Shown here in pieces: positions 40,391 through 53,300 of a stretch of 64,000 bases of DNA. How positions within the stretch are numbered: position 1 is the stretch's first letter; each line of letters starts with the position of its first letter. The notes below the pieces were generated by a model that worked only from the letters and a program-made list of their open reading frames with translations, was not told the origin of the DNA and searched no databases. The stretch is from assembly GCA_009914755.4 (NCBI GenBank), contig CP068257.2, positions 9,984,001 through 10,048,000 of the forward strand, given 5' to 3'. A program made the position numbers and the translations under genes. This DNA is from the human T2T-CHM13v2.0 reference genome, Homo sapiens.

Positions 40391-41760
40391 CTGCAAGTGG
40401 ACATTTGCTGCACTTTGAGGCCTATGGTGGATAACAAAATATCTTCATATAATAACTAGATGGAAGCATTATGAAAAACTCCTTTATGATGTGTGCTTGC
40501 ATCTTACAGAGTGGAACCTTTCTTTTGATTGAGCAGCTCTGAAACACTCTTTTTGTAGCATCTGCAATTGGACATTTGGAGTGCGTTGAGGCCTTTGGTG
40601 GAAAAGGAAATATCTGCACATAAAAACCAGAAAGAAGCTTTCTGACAAACTCCTTTGTGATGTGTGAATTCATCTCACAGAATTGAACCTTACTTTTGAT
40701 TGAGCAGTTTTGAAACACCCGTTTTGTAGTATCTACAAGTGGACATTTGGAGTGCTTTGAGGCCTATGGTGGAAAAGGAAATATTTTCACATAAGAATTA
40801 GGCAGAAGGATTCTGAGAAATTCCTTTTTGATGTGTGCATTCATCTCACAGAGTTGAACCTTACTTTCGATTAAGCAGTTTTGAAACACTCTTTTTTGTA
40901 GAATCTGCAAGTGGACATTTGCTGCACTTTGAGGCCTATGGTGGTTAATGAAATATCTTCATATAATAACTAGACAGAAGCATTATGCCAAACTTCTTTA
41001 TGATGTGTGCATTCGTCTCACAGAGTGGAACCTTTCTTTTGATTGAGAAGCTCAGACACACTCTTTTTGTAGCATCTGCAATTGGACATTTGGAGCGCTT
41101 TGAGGCCTTTGGTGGAAAAAGGAAATATCTTCACATAAAAACCAGAAAGAAGCTTTCTGACAAACTTCTTTGTGATGTGTGCCTTCAGCTCACAGAGTTG
41201 AACCTTTCTTTTGATTGAGCAATTTGGAAACCCTCTTTTTGTAGAATCTGCAAGTGGACATTTGGAGTGCTTTGAGGCCTATGGTGGAAAAGGAAATATC
41301 TTCACATAAGAACTAGGCAGAAAGATTCTGAGAAATTCCTTTGTGATGTGTGCATTCATCTCACAGAGTTGAACCTTACTTTCGATTGAGCAGTTTTGAA
41401 ACACTCTTTTTTGTAGAATCTGCAAGTGGACATTTGCTGCACTTTGAGGCCTATGGTGGTTAATGAAATATCTTCATATAACAACTAGACAGAAGCATTA
41501 TGACAAACTTCTTTGTGATGTGTGCATTCGTCTCACAGAGTGGAAACTTTCTTTTGATTGAGCAGCTCTGAAACACTCTTTTTGTATAATCTGCAATTGG
41601 ATATTTGGAGTGCTTTGAGGCCTTTGGTGGAAAAGGAAATATCATCACATAAAAACCAGACAGAAGCATTCTGACAAACTCCTTTGTGATGCGTGCATTC
41701 ATCTCATGGAATTGAACCTTACTTTTCATTGAGCAGTTTTGAAGCACTCTTTTTGTAGAA
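40391..41760 (+). repeat. Local 3-monomer higher-order repeat (~515-bp unit), ~2.6 copies
   Basis: ctgcaagtggacatttgctgcactttgaggcctatggtgg(a/t)taa... recurs at 40391, 40905 and 41420. Full units align at roughly 92-94% identity by eye, well above the neighbour-monomer identity elsewhere. Confidence 0.7.
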
Positions 41761-43736
41761 TCTACAAGTGGACATTTGGAGCACTTGAGAGCTATGGTTG
41801 AAAAGGAGATATCTTCACATAAAAACTAGACAGAAGCATTCTGACAAACTTCTTTGTAATGTGTGCATTCACATCACAGAGTTGAACCTTACCTTCAATT
41901 GAGCTGTTTCAAAACACTCTTTTTGTAGAATCTGCAAGTGGACATTTGAAGCACTTGAGGCCTATGTTGGAAAAGGAAATATCTCCACATAAAAATTAGA
42001 CAAAAGCATTCTGACAAACTTCTTTGTGATGTGTACATTCATGTCACAGAGTTGAACCTTACTTTTGATTGAGCAGTTTTGAAGCACCCTTTTGGTAATA
42101 TCCACAAGTGGACATTTGGAGTGCTTTGAGACCTTTGGTGCAAAAAGAAATATCTTCACATAAGAACTAAACAGAAGCATTCTGACAAATTTCTCTGCGA
42201 TGGGTGCATTCATCTCACAGATTTGAACTTTATTTTGATTAAGCAGCTTTGAAACACTGTTTTTGTAAAATCTGCAAGTGGACATTAGGAGCGCTTTGAG
42301 GCCTATGTTGGATAACGAAATATCTTGACGTAAAAACTAGATAGACGCATTCTGACATACATCTTTGTGATGTGTGCATTAATCTCTCAGAGTTGAAACT
42401 TAATTTTCATTCAGAAGTTTTGAAATACTCTTTTTGTACTATCTGCAAGTGGACATTTGGAGCGCTTTGAGGCCTATGGTGGAAAAGTAAATATCTTCAC
42501 ATAAAAACTAGACAGAAGCATTCTGACAAACTTCTTTGTGATGTGTGCATTTATCTCACAGAGTTGAACCTTACCTTTCATTCAGCAGTTCTGAAACACT
42601 CTTTTTGTTGAATCTGCATTTGGACATTTGGAGAACTTTGAGGCCAATGGTGGAAAAGGAAATATCTTCACATAAAAACTAGACAGAAGCATTGTGACAA
42701 CCTTCTTTGTGACATGCGCATTCATCTCACAGAGTTGAACCTTACTTTTGATTGAGCAGTTTTGAAACACCCTTTTTGTAATGTCTGCAACTGGACATTT
42801 GGAGTGCTTTGAGGCCTATGGTGGAAAAGGAAATATCTTCACATAAAAACCAGACAGAAGCATTCTCACAAACTTCTTTGTGATGTGTGCATTTATCTCG
42901 CAGAGCTGGACCATTCTTTTGATTGAGCAGCTTTGAAACACTCTTTTTGTAGAATCTGCAATTGGACATTTGGATCACTTTGAGGCCTATGGTGGAAAAG
43001 GAAATATCTTCAGATAAAAACTAGACAGAAGCATTTTGAAAAACTTCTTTGTGACGTTTGCATTCATCTCACTGACTTGAACCTTTCTTTTGATTGAGCA
43101 GTTTTGAAAAAGTATTTTATAGAATCTGCATGTGGACATTTGGAGCGCTTTGAGGCCTATGGTAGAAAAGAAAATATCTTCACATGAAAACTACACAGAA
43201 GAATTCTGACAAACTTCTTTGTGATGTGTGCATTCATCTCACAGAGTTGAACCTTTCTTTTGATTGAGCAGCTTTGAAACACCCTATTTGTAAAATCTGC
43301 AAGTGAACATTTGGTGCGCTTTGAGGTCTCTGGTGGAAAAGAAAATATCTTCACATACAAACTAGACAGAAGCATTCTGACAAACTACTTTGTGATTTGT
43401 GCATTCATCTCACAGAGTTGAACCTTTCTTTTGATTCAGCGGGTTTGAAACACCCTTTTTGTAGAATCTGCAAGTGAACATTTGGAGCACTTTGAGGCTG
43501 ATGGTGGAAAAGGAAATATCTTCACATAAAAACTAAACAGACGTATTCTGACAACCTTCTTTGTGATGTGTACATTCATCTCACAGAGTTGAAACTTACT
43601 TTTGATTGAGCAGTTTTGAAACATCCTTTTTGTGCTATCTGCAAGTGGACATTTGGAGTGCTTTGAGTCCTATGGTGGAAAAGGAAATATCTTCACATAA
43701 GAACTAGACAGAAGCATTCTGAGAAATTTCTTTGTG

Positions 43737-44850
43737 ATGTGTGCAATCATCTCACACAGTTGAACCTTACTTTTGATTGTCCAGTTTTGAAAAACTCTTT
43801 TTGTAGAATCTGAAAGTGGACATTTGGAGAGCTTTGAGGCCTATGATGGATAACGAAATATCTTCATATAATAAATAGAGAGAAGCATTATGTTAAACTT
43901 TTTGTGATGTCTGCATACATCTCACAAAGAATTGAAACTTTCTTTTGATTGAGCAGCTTTGCAACATTCTTTTTGTGGAATCTGCAAGTGGACATTTGGA
44001 GTGCTTTGAGACCTATGGTGGATAACGAAATATGTTCACATAAAAATTGGACAGAAGCATTCTGAGAAACTTCTTTGTGATGTGTGCATTCATCTCACAG
44101 AGTTGAACCTCCCTTTTGATTGAGCACTTTGGAAGCACTCTTTCTGTAAAATCTGCAAGTGGACAATTGGAGTGCTTTGAGGCCTATGGTGGAAAAGGAA
44201 ATATCTTCACATAAGAACTAGACAGAAACATTCTGAGAAATTTCTTTGTGATGTGTGCAATCATCTCACAGAGTTGAACCTTACTTTTGATTGTCTAGTT
44301 TTGAAAAACTCTTTTTGTAGAATCTGAAAGTGGACATTTGGAGCGCTTTGAGTCCTATGATGGATAACGAAATATCTTCATATAATAAATAGAGAGAAGC
44401 ATTATGATAAACTTTTTGTGATGTCTGCATACATCTCACAAGGAGTTGAAACTTTCTTTTGATTGAGAAGCTTTGCAACATTCTTTTTGTAGAATCTGCA
44501 AGTGGACATTTGGAGTGCTTTGAGGCCTATGGTGGATAACGAAATATGTTCACATAAAAATTGGACAGAAGCATTCTGAGAAACTTCTTTGTGATGTGCG
44601 CATTCATCTCACAGAGTTGAACCTCCCTTTTGATTGAGCACTTTGGAAGCACTCTTTCTGTAAAATCTGCAAGTGGACAATTGGAGTGCTTTGAGGTCTA
44701 TGGTGGAAAACGAAATATCTTCACATAAAAATTGGACAGAAGCATTCTGAGAAACTTCTTTGTGACGTGTGCATTCATCTCACAGAGTTGAACCTCCCTT
44801 TTGATTGAGCACTTTCGAAGCACTCTTTCTGTAAAATCTGCAAGTGGACA
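43737..44850 (+). repeat. Local 3-monomer higher-order repeat (513-bp unit), ~2.2 copies
   Basis: The unit starting tgtgcaatcatctcaca.agttgaaccttacttttgattgtc.agttttgaaaaactc...ggataacgaaatatcttcatataataaatagagagaagcattatg... at 43737 recurs at 44250 with only scattered substitutions. An extra copy of the third monomer follows (~44680-44850). Confidence 0.7.
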
Positions 44851-46561
44851 ATTGGAGTGCTTTGAGGCCTATGGTGGAAAAGGAAATATCTTCACTTAAA
44901 AACTAGACAGAAGCATTCTGACAAACTTCTCTGTGATGTGTGCATTCATCTCACAAAGAATTGAAACTTTCTTTGATTCAGGAGCTTTGAAACACTCTTT
45001 TTGTAGAATCTGCAAGTGTACATTTGGAGCGCTTTGAGGCCTATGGTGGAAAAGGGGACATCTTCACATATAGAACAGACAGAAGCATTCTGACAAACTT
45101 CTTTTCGATGTGTGCGTTCAACTCACAGATTTGAACCTTACTTTTCATTGAGCAGATATGAAACACTCCTTTTGTAGAATCTGCAAGTGGACAATTGGAC
45201 CGCTTTGTGGCCTATGGTGGAAAAGGATATATCGTCACATAAAAACTAGACAGAAATCTTCTGACAAACTTCTTTGTTATGTGTGCATTCATCTTTCAGA
45301 GTTGAACCTTTCTTTTGATTGAGCAACTTTGAAACACTGTTTTTGTAGAATCTGCAAGTAGTCATTTGGAGCGCTTTGGGGCCTATGGCAAAAAAGGAAA
45401 TATCTTCACATAAAAACTAGACAGAAGCATTCTGACAAACTTCTTTGCGATGTGTGTATTCATCTCACAGAGTTGAACCTTACTTTTCATTGAGCAATTT
45501 TGAAACACTCTTTTTGGAGAATCTGTAAGTGGACATTTTGAGGGCTTTGACGCACATGGTGGAAAAGGAAATACCTTCACATAAAAATTGGACAGAAGCA
45601 TTCTGACAAACTACTTTGTAATGTGTGCATTCATCTCTCAGAGCTGGACCTTTCTTTTGATTGAACAGCTTTGAAACACTCTTTTTGTAGAATCTGCAAG
45701 TGGACATTTGGAGCGCTTTGAGGCCTATGGTGGAAAAGGAAATATCTTCACAGAAAAACTAGACAGAAGCATTCTGACAAACTTCTTTGTTATGTGTGCA
45801 TTCATCTCACAAAGAATTGAAACTTTCTTTGATTCAGGAGCTTTGAAACACTCTTTTTGTAGAATCTGCAAGTGTACATTTGGAGCGCTTTGAGGCCTAT
45901 GGTGGAAAAGGGAACATCTTCACATATAGAACAGACAGAAGCATTCTGACAAACTTCTTTTCGATGTGTGCGTTCAACTCACAGATTTGAACCTTACTTT
46001 TCATTGAGCAGATATGAAACACTCTTTTTGTAGAATCTGCAAGTGGACAATTGGACCGCTTTGTGGCCTATGGTGGAAAAGGATATATCGTCACATAAAA
46101 ACTAGACAGAAATCTTCTGACAAACTTCTTTGTTATGTGTGCATTCATCTTTCAGAGTTGAACCTTTCTTTTGATTGAGCAACTTTGAAACACTGTTTTT
46201 GTAGAATCTGCAAGTAGTCATTTGGAGCGCTTTGGGGCCTATGGCAAAAAAGGAAATATCTTCACATAAAAACTAGACAGAAGCATTCTGACAAACTTCT
46301 TTGCGATGTGTGCATTCATCTCACAGAGTTGAACCTTACTTTTCATTGAGCAATTTTGAAACACTCTTTTTGGAGAATCTGTAAGTGGACATTTTGAGGG
46401 CTTTGACGCACATGGTGGAAAAGGAAATACCTTCACATAAAAACGAGACAGAAGCATTCTGACAAACTACTTTGTAAAGTGTGCATTCATCTCTCAGAGC
46501 TGGACCTTTCTTTTGATTGAACAGCTTTGAAACACTCTTTTTGTAGAATCTGCAAGTGGAC
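44850..46561 (+). repeat. Local 5-monomer higher-order repeat (856-bp unit), 2 copies at roughly 98% identity
   Basis: 44943-45080 (cacaaagaattgaaactttctttgattcaggagctttgaaacac...aaaagg(g)gacatcttcacatatagaacagacagaag) recurs at 45799-45936. ORFs 45383..45601 / 46239..46457 and 45480..45707 / 46336..46563 are near-identical at +856 offset. The copies diverge outside ~44850 and ~46620. Confidence 0.75.
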
Positions 46562-47150
46562 ATTTGGAGCGCTTTGAGGCCTATGGTGGAAAAGGAAATA
46601 TCTTCACAGAAAAACTAGACAGAAGTATTTTGAAAAACTTCATTGTGACGTTTGCATTCATCTCACTGATGTGAACCTTTCTTTTGATTGAGCAGTTTTG
46701 AAAAACTCTTTTTGTAGGATCTGCATGTGGACATTTGGATCGCTTTGAGGCCTATGGAGGAAAAGAAAATATCTTCACCTAAAAACCATACAGAAGTATT
46801 CTGAGAAACTTCTTTGTGATGTGTGCATTCATCTCACAGAGTTGAACCTTACTTTTCATTGAGCAATTTTGAAACACTCTTTTTGGAGAATCTGCAAGTG
46901 GACATTTGGAGGGCTTTGACGCACGTGGTGGAAAAGGAAATATCTTCACATAAAAACTAGACAGAAGCATTCTGACAACCTTCATTGTGATATGTGCATC
47001 CATCTAAGAGAGTTGAACCTTACTTTTGATTCAGCAGTTTTGAAACTCTCTTTTTGTAGAATCTGCAAGTGGACATTTGGAGCACTTTTAGACCTATGGT
47101 GGAAAAGGAAATATCTTCACATAAAAACTAGACAGAACAATTCTGAGAAA

Positions 47151-50100
47151 CTTCTTTGGGATGTGTGCATTCATCTCACAGAGTAAAACATTCTTTTGAT
47201 CCAGCAGTTTTGTAAGTATCTTTTTGTAGAATCTGCAAGTGGACATTTTGAGCCCTTTCAGGCCTATGGTGGAAACGGAAATATCTACAAATTGAAACTC
47301 GGCAGAAGAATTCTGAGAAACTCCTTTGTGATGCTTGCATTCATGTAACAGAGTTGAACCTTTCTTTATGATTGATCAGTTTGGAAACCCTCTTTTTTAG
47401 AATCTGCCAGCGGATATTTGGAGCGTTTTGCAGCCTATGGTGGAAAAGGAAATATCTTCACATGAAAACTAAATAGATGTATTCTGAGAAACTTCTATGT
47501 GATGTGTGCGTTCATCTCACAGAGTTGAACCTTTCTTTTGATTGAGCAGTTTGGAAACACTCTTTTTGTAGAATCTGCAAGTGGACGTATGGAATGCTTT
47601 GAAGCCTATGGTAGAACAGGAAATATCTTCACATAAAATCTGAACAGAGGAATTCTGAGAGACTCCTTTGTGATGTTTGTATTCATCTTACAGAATTAAA
47701 GCTTCCTTTTGAATGAGCAGATTTGAAACTGTCTTTTTGTAGAATCTGCAAGTGGACATTTTGAGCGCCTGGAGGCCTATGGTGGAAAAGAAAATGGCTT
47801 CACATGAAAACTAGACAGAAGAATTCTGAGAAACTTCTTTCTTATGTGTGCGTTAATCTCACACAGTTGAACCTTTCTTTTGATTGAGCAGTTTCAAACA
47901 CTCTTTTTGTAGAATCTGCAAGTGGACTTTTGGAGCACTTTGTGGCCTACGGTAGAAAAGGAAATATCATCACATAAAATCTAGACAGAAGCAATCTGAG
48001 ACTTCTTTGTGATGTGTGCATTCACCACACATTGTGTAACCTTTCCCTTGATTGAGCAGTTTTGAAACTCTTTTTGTAGAATCTACAAGTCTACATTTGG
48101 AGTGCTTTGAGACCTATGGTAGAAAAGGAAATATCTTCACATAAAAACTAGTCAAAAGAATTCTGAGAAACTTCTTGTTGATGTGTGTGTTCACCTCACA
48201 GAGTTGAACCGTTGTTTTGATTGAGCAGTTTGGAAACCCTCTTTTTGTAGAATCTGCATGTGGACATTTGGAGCGCTTTGAGGCCTATGGTGGAAAAGGA
48301 AGTATCTTCACATAAAAACTAGACAGAAGAATTCTGAGAAACTTCTTTGTGATGTCTGCATTTATCTCACAGACTTGAACCTTTCTTTTGATTGAGCAGT
48401 TTGGAAACACTCTTTTTGTAGAATCTGCAAGGGGACATTTGGAGCGGTTTACACCCTATGATAGAAAAGGAAATATCTTCACATAGAATATAGACAGAAG
48501 CAATCTGAGAAACTTATTTCTGATGTGTGAATTCATCTCACAGAGTTAAACATTTCTTTTGATTGAGCAGTTTGGAAACAATCTTTTTGAAGAATCTGCA
48601 AGTGAACATTTGGAGAGCTTTGTGGCATATGATAGTAAAGGAAATATCTTCAAATAAAATTTAGAGGAAGAAATCTGAGAAATTGCTTTTGATGTGTGCA
48701 TTCATGTCACAGAATTAAAGCTTTCTTTTGATTAAGCAGTTTTGAAACTCTCTTTTTGTAGAATCTGCAAGTGGACATTTGGAAATCTTTGAGGCCTGTG
48801 TTAGAAAAAGGAAATATCATCACATAAAAACTAGATAGAAGCAATCTGAGAAACTTTGGTGTGACATGTGAATTCATCTCCCAGAGTTGAAACATTCTTT
48901 TGATGGAACAGTGTTGATATACTCTTTTGGTAGAATCTGCAAGTGGACATTTCAAATTCATTGAGTCTTATGGTGGAAAAGGAAATATCTTTACATAAAA
49001 ACTAGACAGAAAAATCCTGGGAAACTTCTTTGTGATGTGTGCATTCATCTCACAGAGTTGAACCTTTCTTTTGAATGAGCAGTTTGGAAACTCTCTTTTT
49101 GCAGAATCTTCAAGTGGACATTTGGAGCGCTTTGAAGCCTATGGTAGAAAAGGAAATATCTTCACATAAAATCTACACAGAAGCAATCTGAGAAACTTCT
49201 TTGTGATGTGTGCATTCATCACACCGTGTTAAACCTTTCTCTTGACTGAGGAGTTTTGAAACTTACTTTTTGTAGTATCTGCAAGTGGTCATTTGGAGCG
49301 CTTTGAGGACTATGGTGGAAAAGGAAATATCTTCACATAAAAACCAGACAGAATAATTCTGAGAAACTTCTTTGTGATGAGTGAGTTCATCTCACAGAGT
49401 TGAACCTTTCTTTGATTGAGCAGTTTGGAAGCACTCTTTTTGTACAATCTGCAGGTGGATATTTGGAGCGCTATGCTGCCTATGGTAGAAAACGAAATAT
49501 CTTCACATAAAATCAGGACAGAAGCAATCTGAGAAACATCCGTTTGATGTGTGCGTTAATCTCACAGAGTTAAATCTTTCTTTTGATTGAGCAGTTTTGA
49601 AACTCTCTTTTTGTAGAATCTGCAAGTGGACATTTGGAGCGCTTTTAGAACTATGGTGGAAAAGGAAATATCTTCACAAAAATCTGGACAGAAGACTTCT
49701 GAGAAACTTCTTTGTGATGTGTGTATTCATCTCACGGAGTTGAACCTTTCTTTTGATTGAACAGTTTTGAAATGCTCTTTTTGTAGAATCTTCAAGTCAG
49801 CATTTGGAGTGCTTTGAGGACCATAGTGGAAAAGGAACTATCTTCACATAGAAACTAGACAGAAGAATGCTGACAGACATCTTTTTGACGTTCGTTAATC
49901 TCACAAGGTTGAGCCTTTCTTTTGATTGAACAATTTGGAAAATCTCTTTTTGTTGAATCTGCATGTGGACATTTGGAGCGCTTTGAGGCCTATGGTGGAA
50001 AAGGAAGTATCTTCACATAAAACTAGACAGAAGAATTCTGAGAAACTTCTTTGTGATGTGTGCGTTTATCTCACAGACTTGAACCTTTCTTTTGATTGAG

Positions 50101-50317
50101 CAGTTTGGAAACACTCTTTTTGTAGAATCTGCAAGGGGACGTTTGGAGCGGTTTGCGCCCTATGATAGAAAAGGAAATATCCTCACATAAAATATAGACA
50201 GAAGCAATCTGAGAAACTTGTTTCTCATGTTTGCATTCATCCACAGAGTTAAACGTTTCTTTTGATAGAGTAGTTTTGAAACACTCTTTTTGTAGAATCT
50301 GCAAGTGGACATTTTTA
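47151..50317 (+). repeat. Alpha satellite subtype IIa in inverted orientation
   Basis: Alternating monomers carry cacataaaatctagacagaagcaatctgagaaac and cacataaaaactagacagaagaattctgagaaac. These are the reverse complements of the IIa dimer members (cagattgcttctgtctagattttatgtg / cagaattcttctgtctagtttttatgtg). Confidence 0.65.
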
Positions 50318-50318
50318 A
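50317..50318. other. Orientation-switch junction (tail-to-tail) in alpha satellite
   Basis: ...gaatctgcaagtggacattt | ttaatgcagacatcacaaagtagtttctcagattgcttctgtctag. The left side is in consensus orientation (expected continuation ggagcgctttgagg). The right side is in the opposite orientation, starting mid-monomer (expected gagatgaatgcacacatcac). Confidence 0.85.
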
Positions 50319-53300
50319 TGCAGACATCACAAAGTAGTTTCTCAGATTGCTTCTGTCTAGATTGTATGTGAAGATATTTCTTTTTCTACCATAGACTCCA
50401 AAGCGATCCAAATGTCCACTTGCAGATTCTACAAAAAGAGTGTTTCCAAACTGTTCAACCAAAAGAAAGTTCAACTCTGTGAGATGAATGCACGCATCAC
50501 AAAAAAGTTTCTCAGAGTTCTTCTGTCTAGTTTTTATGTGAAGATAATTTATTTTCCAATATAGGCCTCAAGGTGCTCGAAATGTCCACTTGCAGGTTCT
50601 ACAAAAGAATATTTCAAAACTGGTCCATCAAAAGAAAGGTTTAACTCTGTGAGATGAATGCAAACATCACAAAGAAGTTTCTCAGATTGCTTCAGTCTAG
50701 ATGTCATGTGAAGATATTTCCTTTTCTACCATAGCCTGCAAAACGCTCCAAATGTCCACTTTCAGATTCTACAAAAAGAGAGTTTCAAAACTGCTCCATC
50801 AAAATAAAGGTCCAACTCTGTCAGATGAATGCACACATCACAAAGAAGTTTCTCTTCTTGCTTCTGTCTAGATTGTATGTGAAGATATTTCTTTTTCCAC
50901 CATACACCTCAAAGCACTCCAAATGTCCACTTGAAGATTCTATAAAAAGAGAGTTTCAAAGCTCTTCAATCAGAAGAAAGGTTCAACTCTGTGAGATGAA
51001 TGCACACTTCACAAAGAAGTTTCTCAGATTTCTTCTGTATAGATTTTATGTTATGATATTTCTTTTTCTACCATAGGCCTCAAAGCGCTCCAAATGTCCA
51101 CTTGCAGATTCTACAAAAAGAGAGTTTCAAAACTTCTGAATTAAAAGAAAGGTTTAACTCTGTGAGATGAATGAACACATCACTAGGATGTTGCTCAGAT
51201 TGCTTCTGTCTAGATATTATGTGAAGATATTTCCTTTTCTATCATAGGCCGCAAAGCGCTCCAAATGTCCACTTGCAGATTCTACAAAAAGAATGTTTCC
51301 AAGCTCCTCATTCAAAAGAAAGATTGAACTCTGTCAGATGAACGCACACATCACAAAGAAGTTTCTCAGAATTCTTTTGTCTAGTTTTTATGTGAAGATA
51401 TTTCCTTTCCCACCATAGTCCTCAAAGTGCTCCAAATGTCCACTTGCAGATTCTACAGAGAGTTTCAAAGCTCCTTCATCAAAAAAAAAAATGTTAACCT
51501 CTTTCTGATGAATGCACACATCACAAAGAAGTTTCTCAAATTGCTTCTGTCTAGATTTTGTCTGAAGATATTTCCTTTTCTGCCACAGACTGCAAAGCAC
51601 TCCAAATATCCATTTTCAGATTCTACAAAAAGACTCTTTCCAAACTCTTCAATCAAAAGAAAGGTTCAACTCTGTAAGATGAACGCAGACATCACAAAGA
51701 TGTTTCCCAGAATTCTTCTGTCTAGTTTTTATGTGAAGATATTTCATTTTCCACCAGAGGCCTCAAGGTGCTCAAATTGTCCACTTGCAGATTCTACAAA
51801 AAGAGAGTTTCAAAACTGCTCAATCAAAAGAAAGCTTTAACTCTGTGAGATGAATGCACACATCACAAAGAAGTTTCTCAGATTGCTTCTGTCTACAATT
51901 TATGTGAAGATATTTCCTTTTATGCTATAGGCCCCAAAGCGCTCCAAATGTCCACTTGCAGATTCTACAAAAAGAGAGTTTCCAAACTGCTCAATCTAAA
52001 GGAAGGTTCAACTCTGTGAGAACAATGCACGCATCACAAAGAAGTTTCTCAGAATTCTTCTGTCTAGTTTTTATGTGAAGATACGTTATTTTCCACCATA
52101 GGCCACAAAGCACTCTACATATCCACTTGAAGATTCTACAAAAAGAGAGTTTCAAATCTGCTCCATCAAAGGAAAACTTCAACCCTCTGAGATGAATGCA
52201 CCAATCACAAAGAAGTTTATCAGATTACTTCTGTTTATATTTTATATGAAGATATTTCCTTTTCCAATATAGGCCTCAAAGTGCTCCAAATATCCACTTG
52301 TAGGTTTTACAAAAAGAGAGTTTCAAAACTGTTAAATCAAAACAAAGCTTTAACTCTGTGAGATGAATGCACACATCACAAAGAAGTTTCTCAGATTGCT
52401 TCTGTCCAGATTTTATGTGAAGATATTTCCTTTTCTACCATAGGCCGCAAAACGCTCTAAATGTCCACTTGCAGATTCTACAAAAAGAGTGTTTCCAAAC
52501 TGCTCAATCAAAAGAAAGATTCAACTCTGTTAGATGAATGCACACATCGCCAAGTCGTTTCTCAGAATTCTTCTGCCTAGTTTTTATTTGAAGATATTTG
52601 CTTTCCAACCATAGTCCTCAAAGCGCTCCAAATGTGCACTTGCAGATTCTACAAACAGAGAGTTTCAAAACTCGTGCATCAAAAAAAGTTTACCTCTTTC
52701 AGATGAATGAACACATCACAAAGAAGTTTCTCAGATTGCTTTTGTCTAGATTTTGTCTGAAGATATTTCCTTTTCTGCCATAGGCCACAAAGCGCTCCAA
52801 ATATCCACTTGCAGATCCTACAAAAAGAGTGTTTCTGAACTCCTCAATCAAAAGAAAGTTTCAACTCTGTGAGATGAATGCACACATCACAAGGAAGTTT
52901 CTCAGAGTTCTTCTGATTTGTTTTTATATGAAGATATTTCCTTTTCTGTCATAGGCCTTTAAGCGTTCCAAATATCCACTTGAAGATTCTACAGAAAGAG
53001 AGTTTCCAAAGGGCTCAATCAAAAGAAAGTTTTAACTCTGTGAGATGAATGCACACATCACAAAGAAGTTAATCAGATTGCTTCTGTCTAGATTTTATGT
53101 GAGGATATTTCTTTTTCCAGCCTAGGCCGCACAGCACTCCAAATGTCCTCCTGAAGATTCTACTACAAAAGTTTTTCCAAACTGCTCAATAAAAAGAAAG
53201 GTTCAACTCTGTGAGATGAATGCACACATCACAAAGTAGTTTCTCAGAATGCTTCTGTCTAGTTTTTATGCGAAGATATTTCCTTTTCCACCGTAGGCCT

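Larger units (their letters stand above)
38576..47150 (+). repeat. Alpha satellite subtype IIb in inverted orientation (relative to the flanking array)
   Basis: Monomers read ctagacagaagcattctgacaaacttctttgtgatgtgtgcattcatctcacagagttgaacc...gaatctgcaagtggacatttggagcgctttgaggcctatggtggaaaaggaaatatcttcacataaaaa. This is the reverse complement of the IIb monomers at 35051-38575 (cattctgacaaac = rc of gtttgtcagaatg). It matches the conventional alpha-satellite consensus orientation. The boundary with the IIa-type at ~47150 is approximate. Confidence 0.8.

Noticed and set aside
47255-47290. Possible CENP-B box (ggcctatggtggaaacggaaatatc)
   Set aside because: It lacks the essential TTCG and CGGG cores of the 17-bp CENP-B box and is an A-type pJalpha-position variant. 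No other candidate was seen on either strand.
51470-51495. A13 run (caaaaaaaaaaaatgttaacc) as a possible retroelement tail
   Set aside because: It lies in the monomer's caatcaaaagaaag segment, is a homopolymer expansion of a native A-rich site, and has no adjacent SINE/LINE body or TSD. A shorter version recurs at the paralogous position ~52680.
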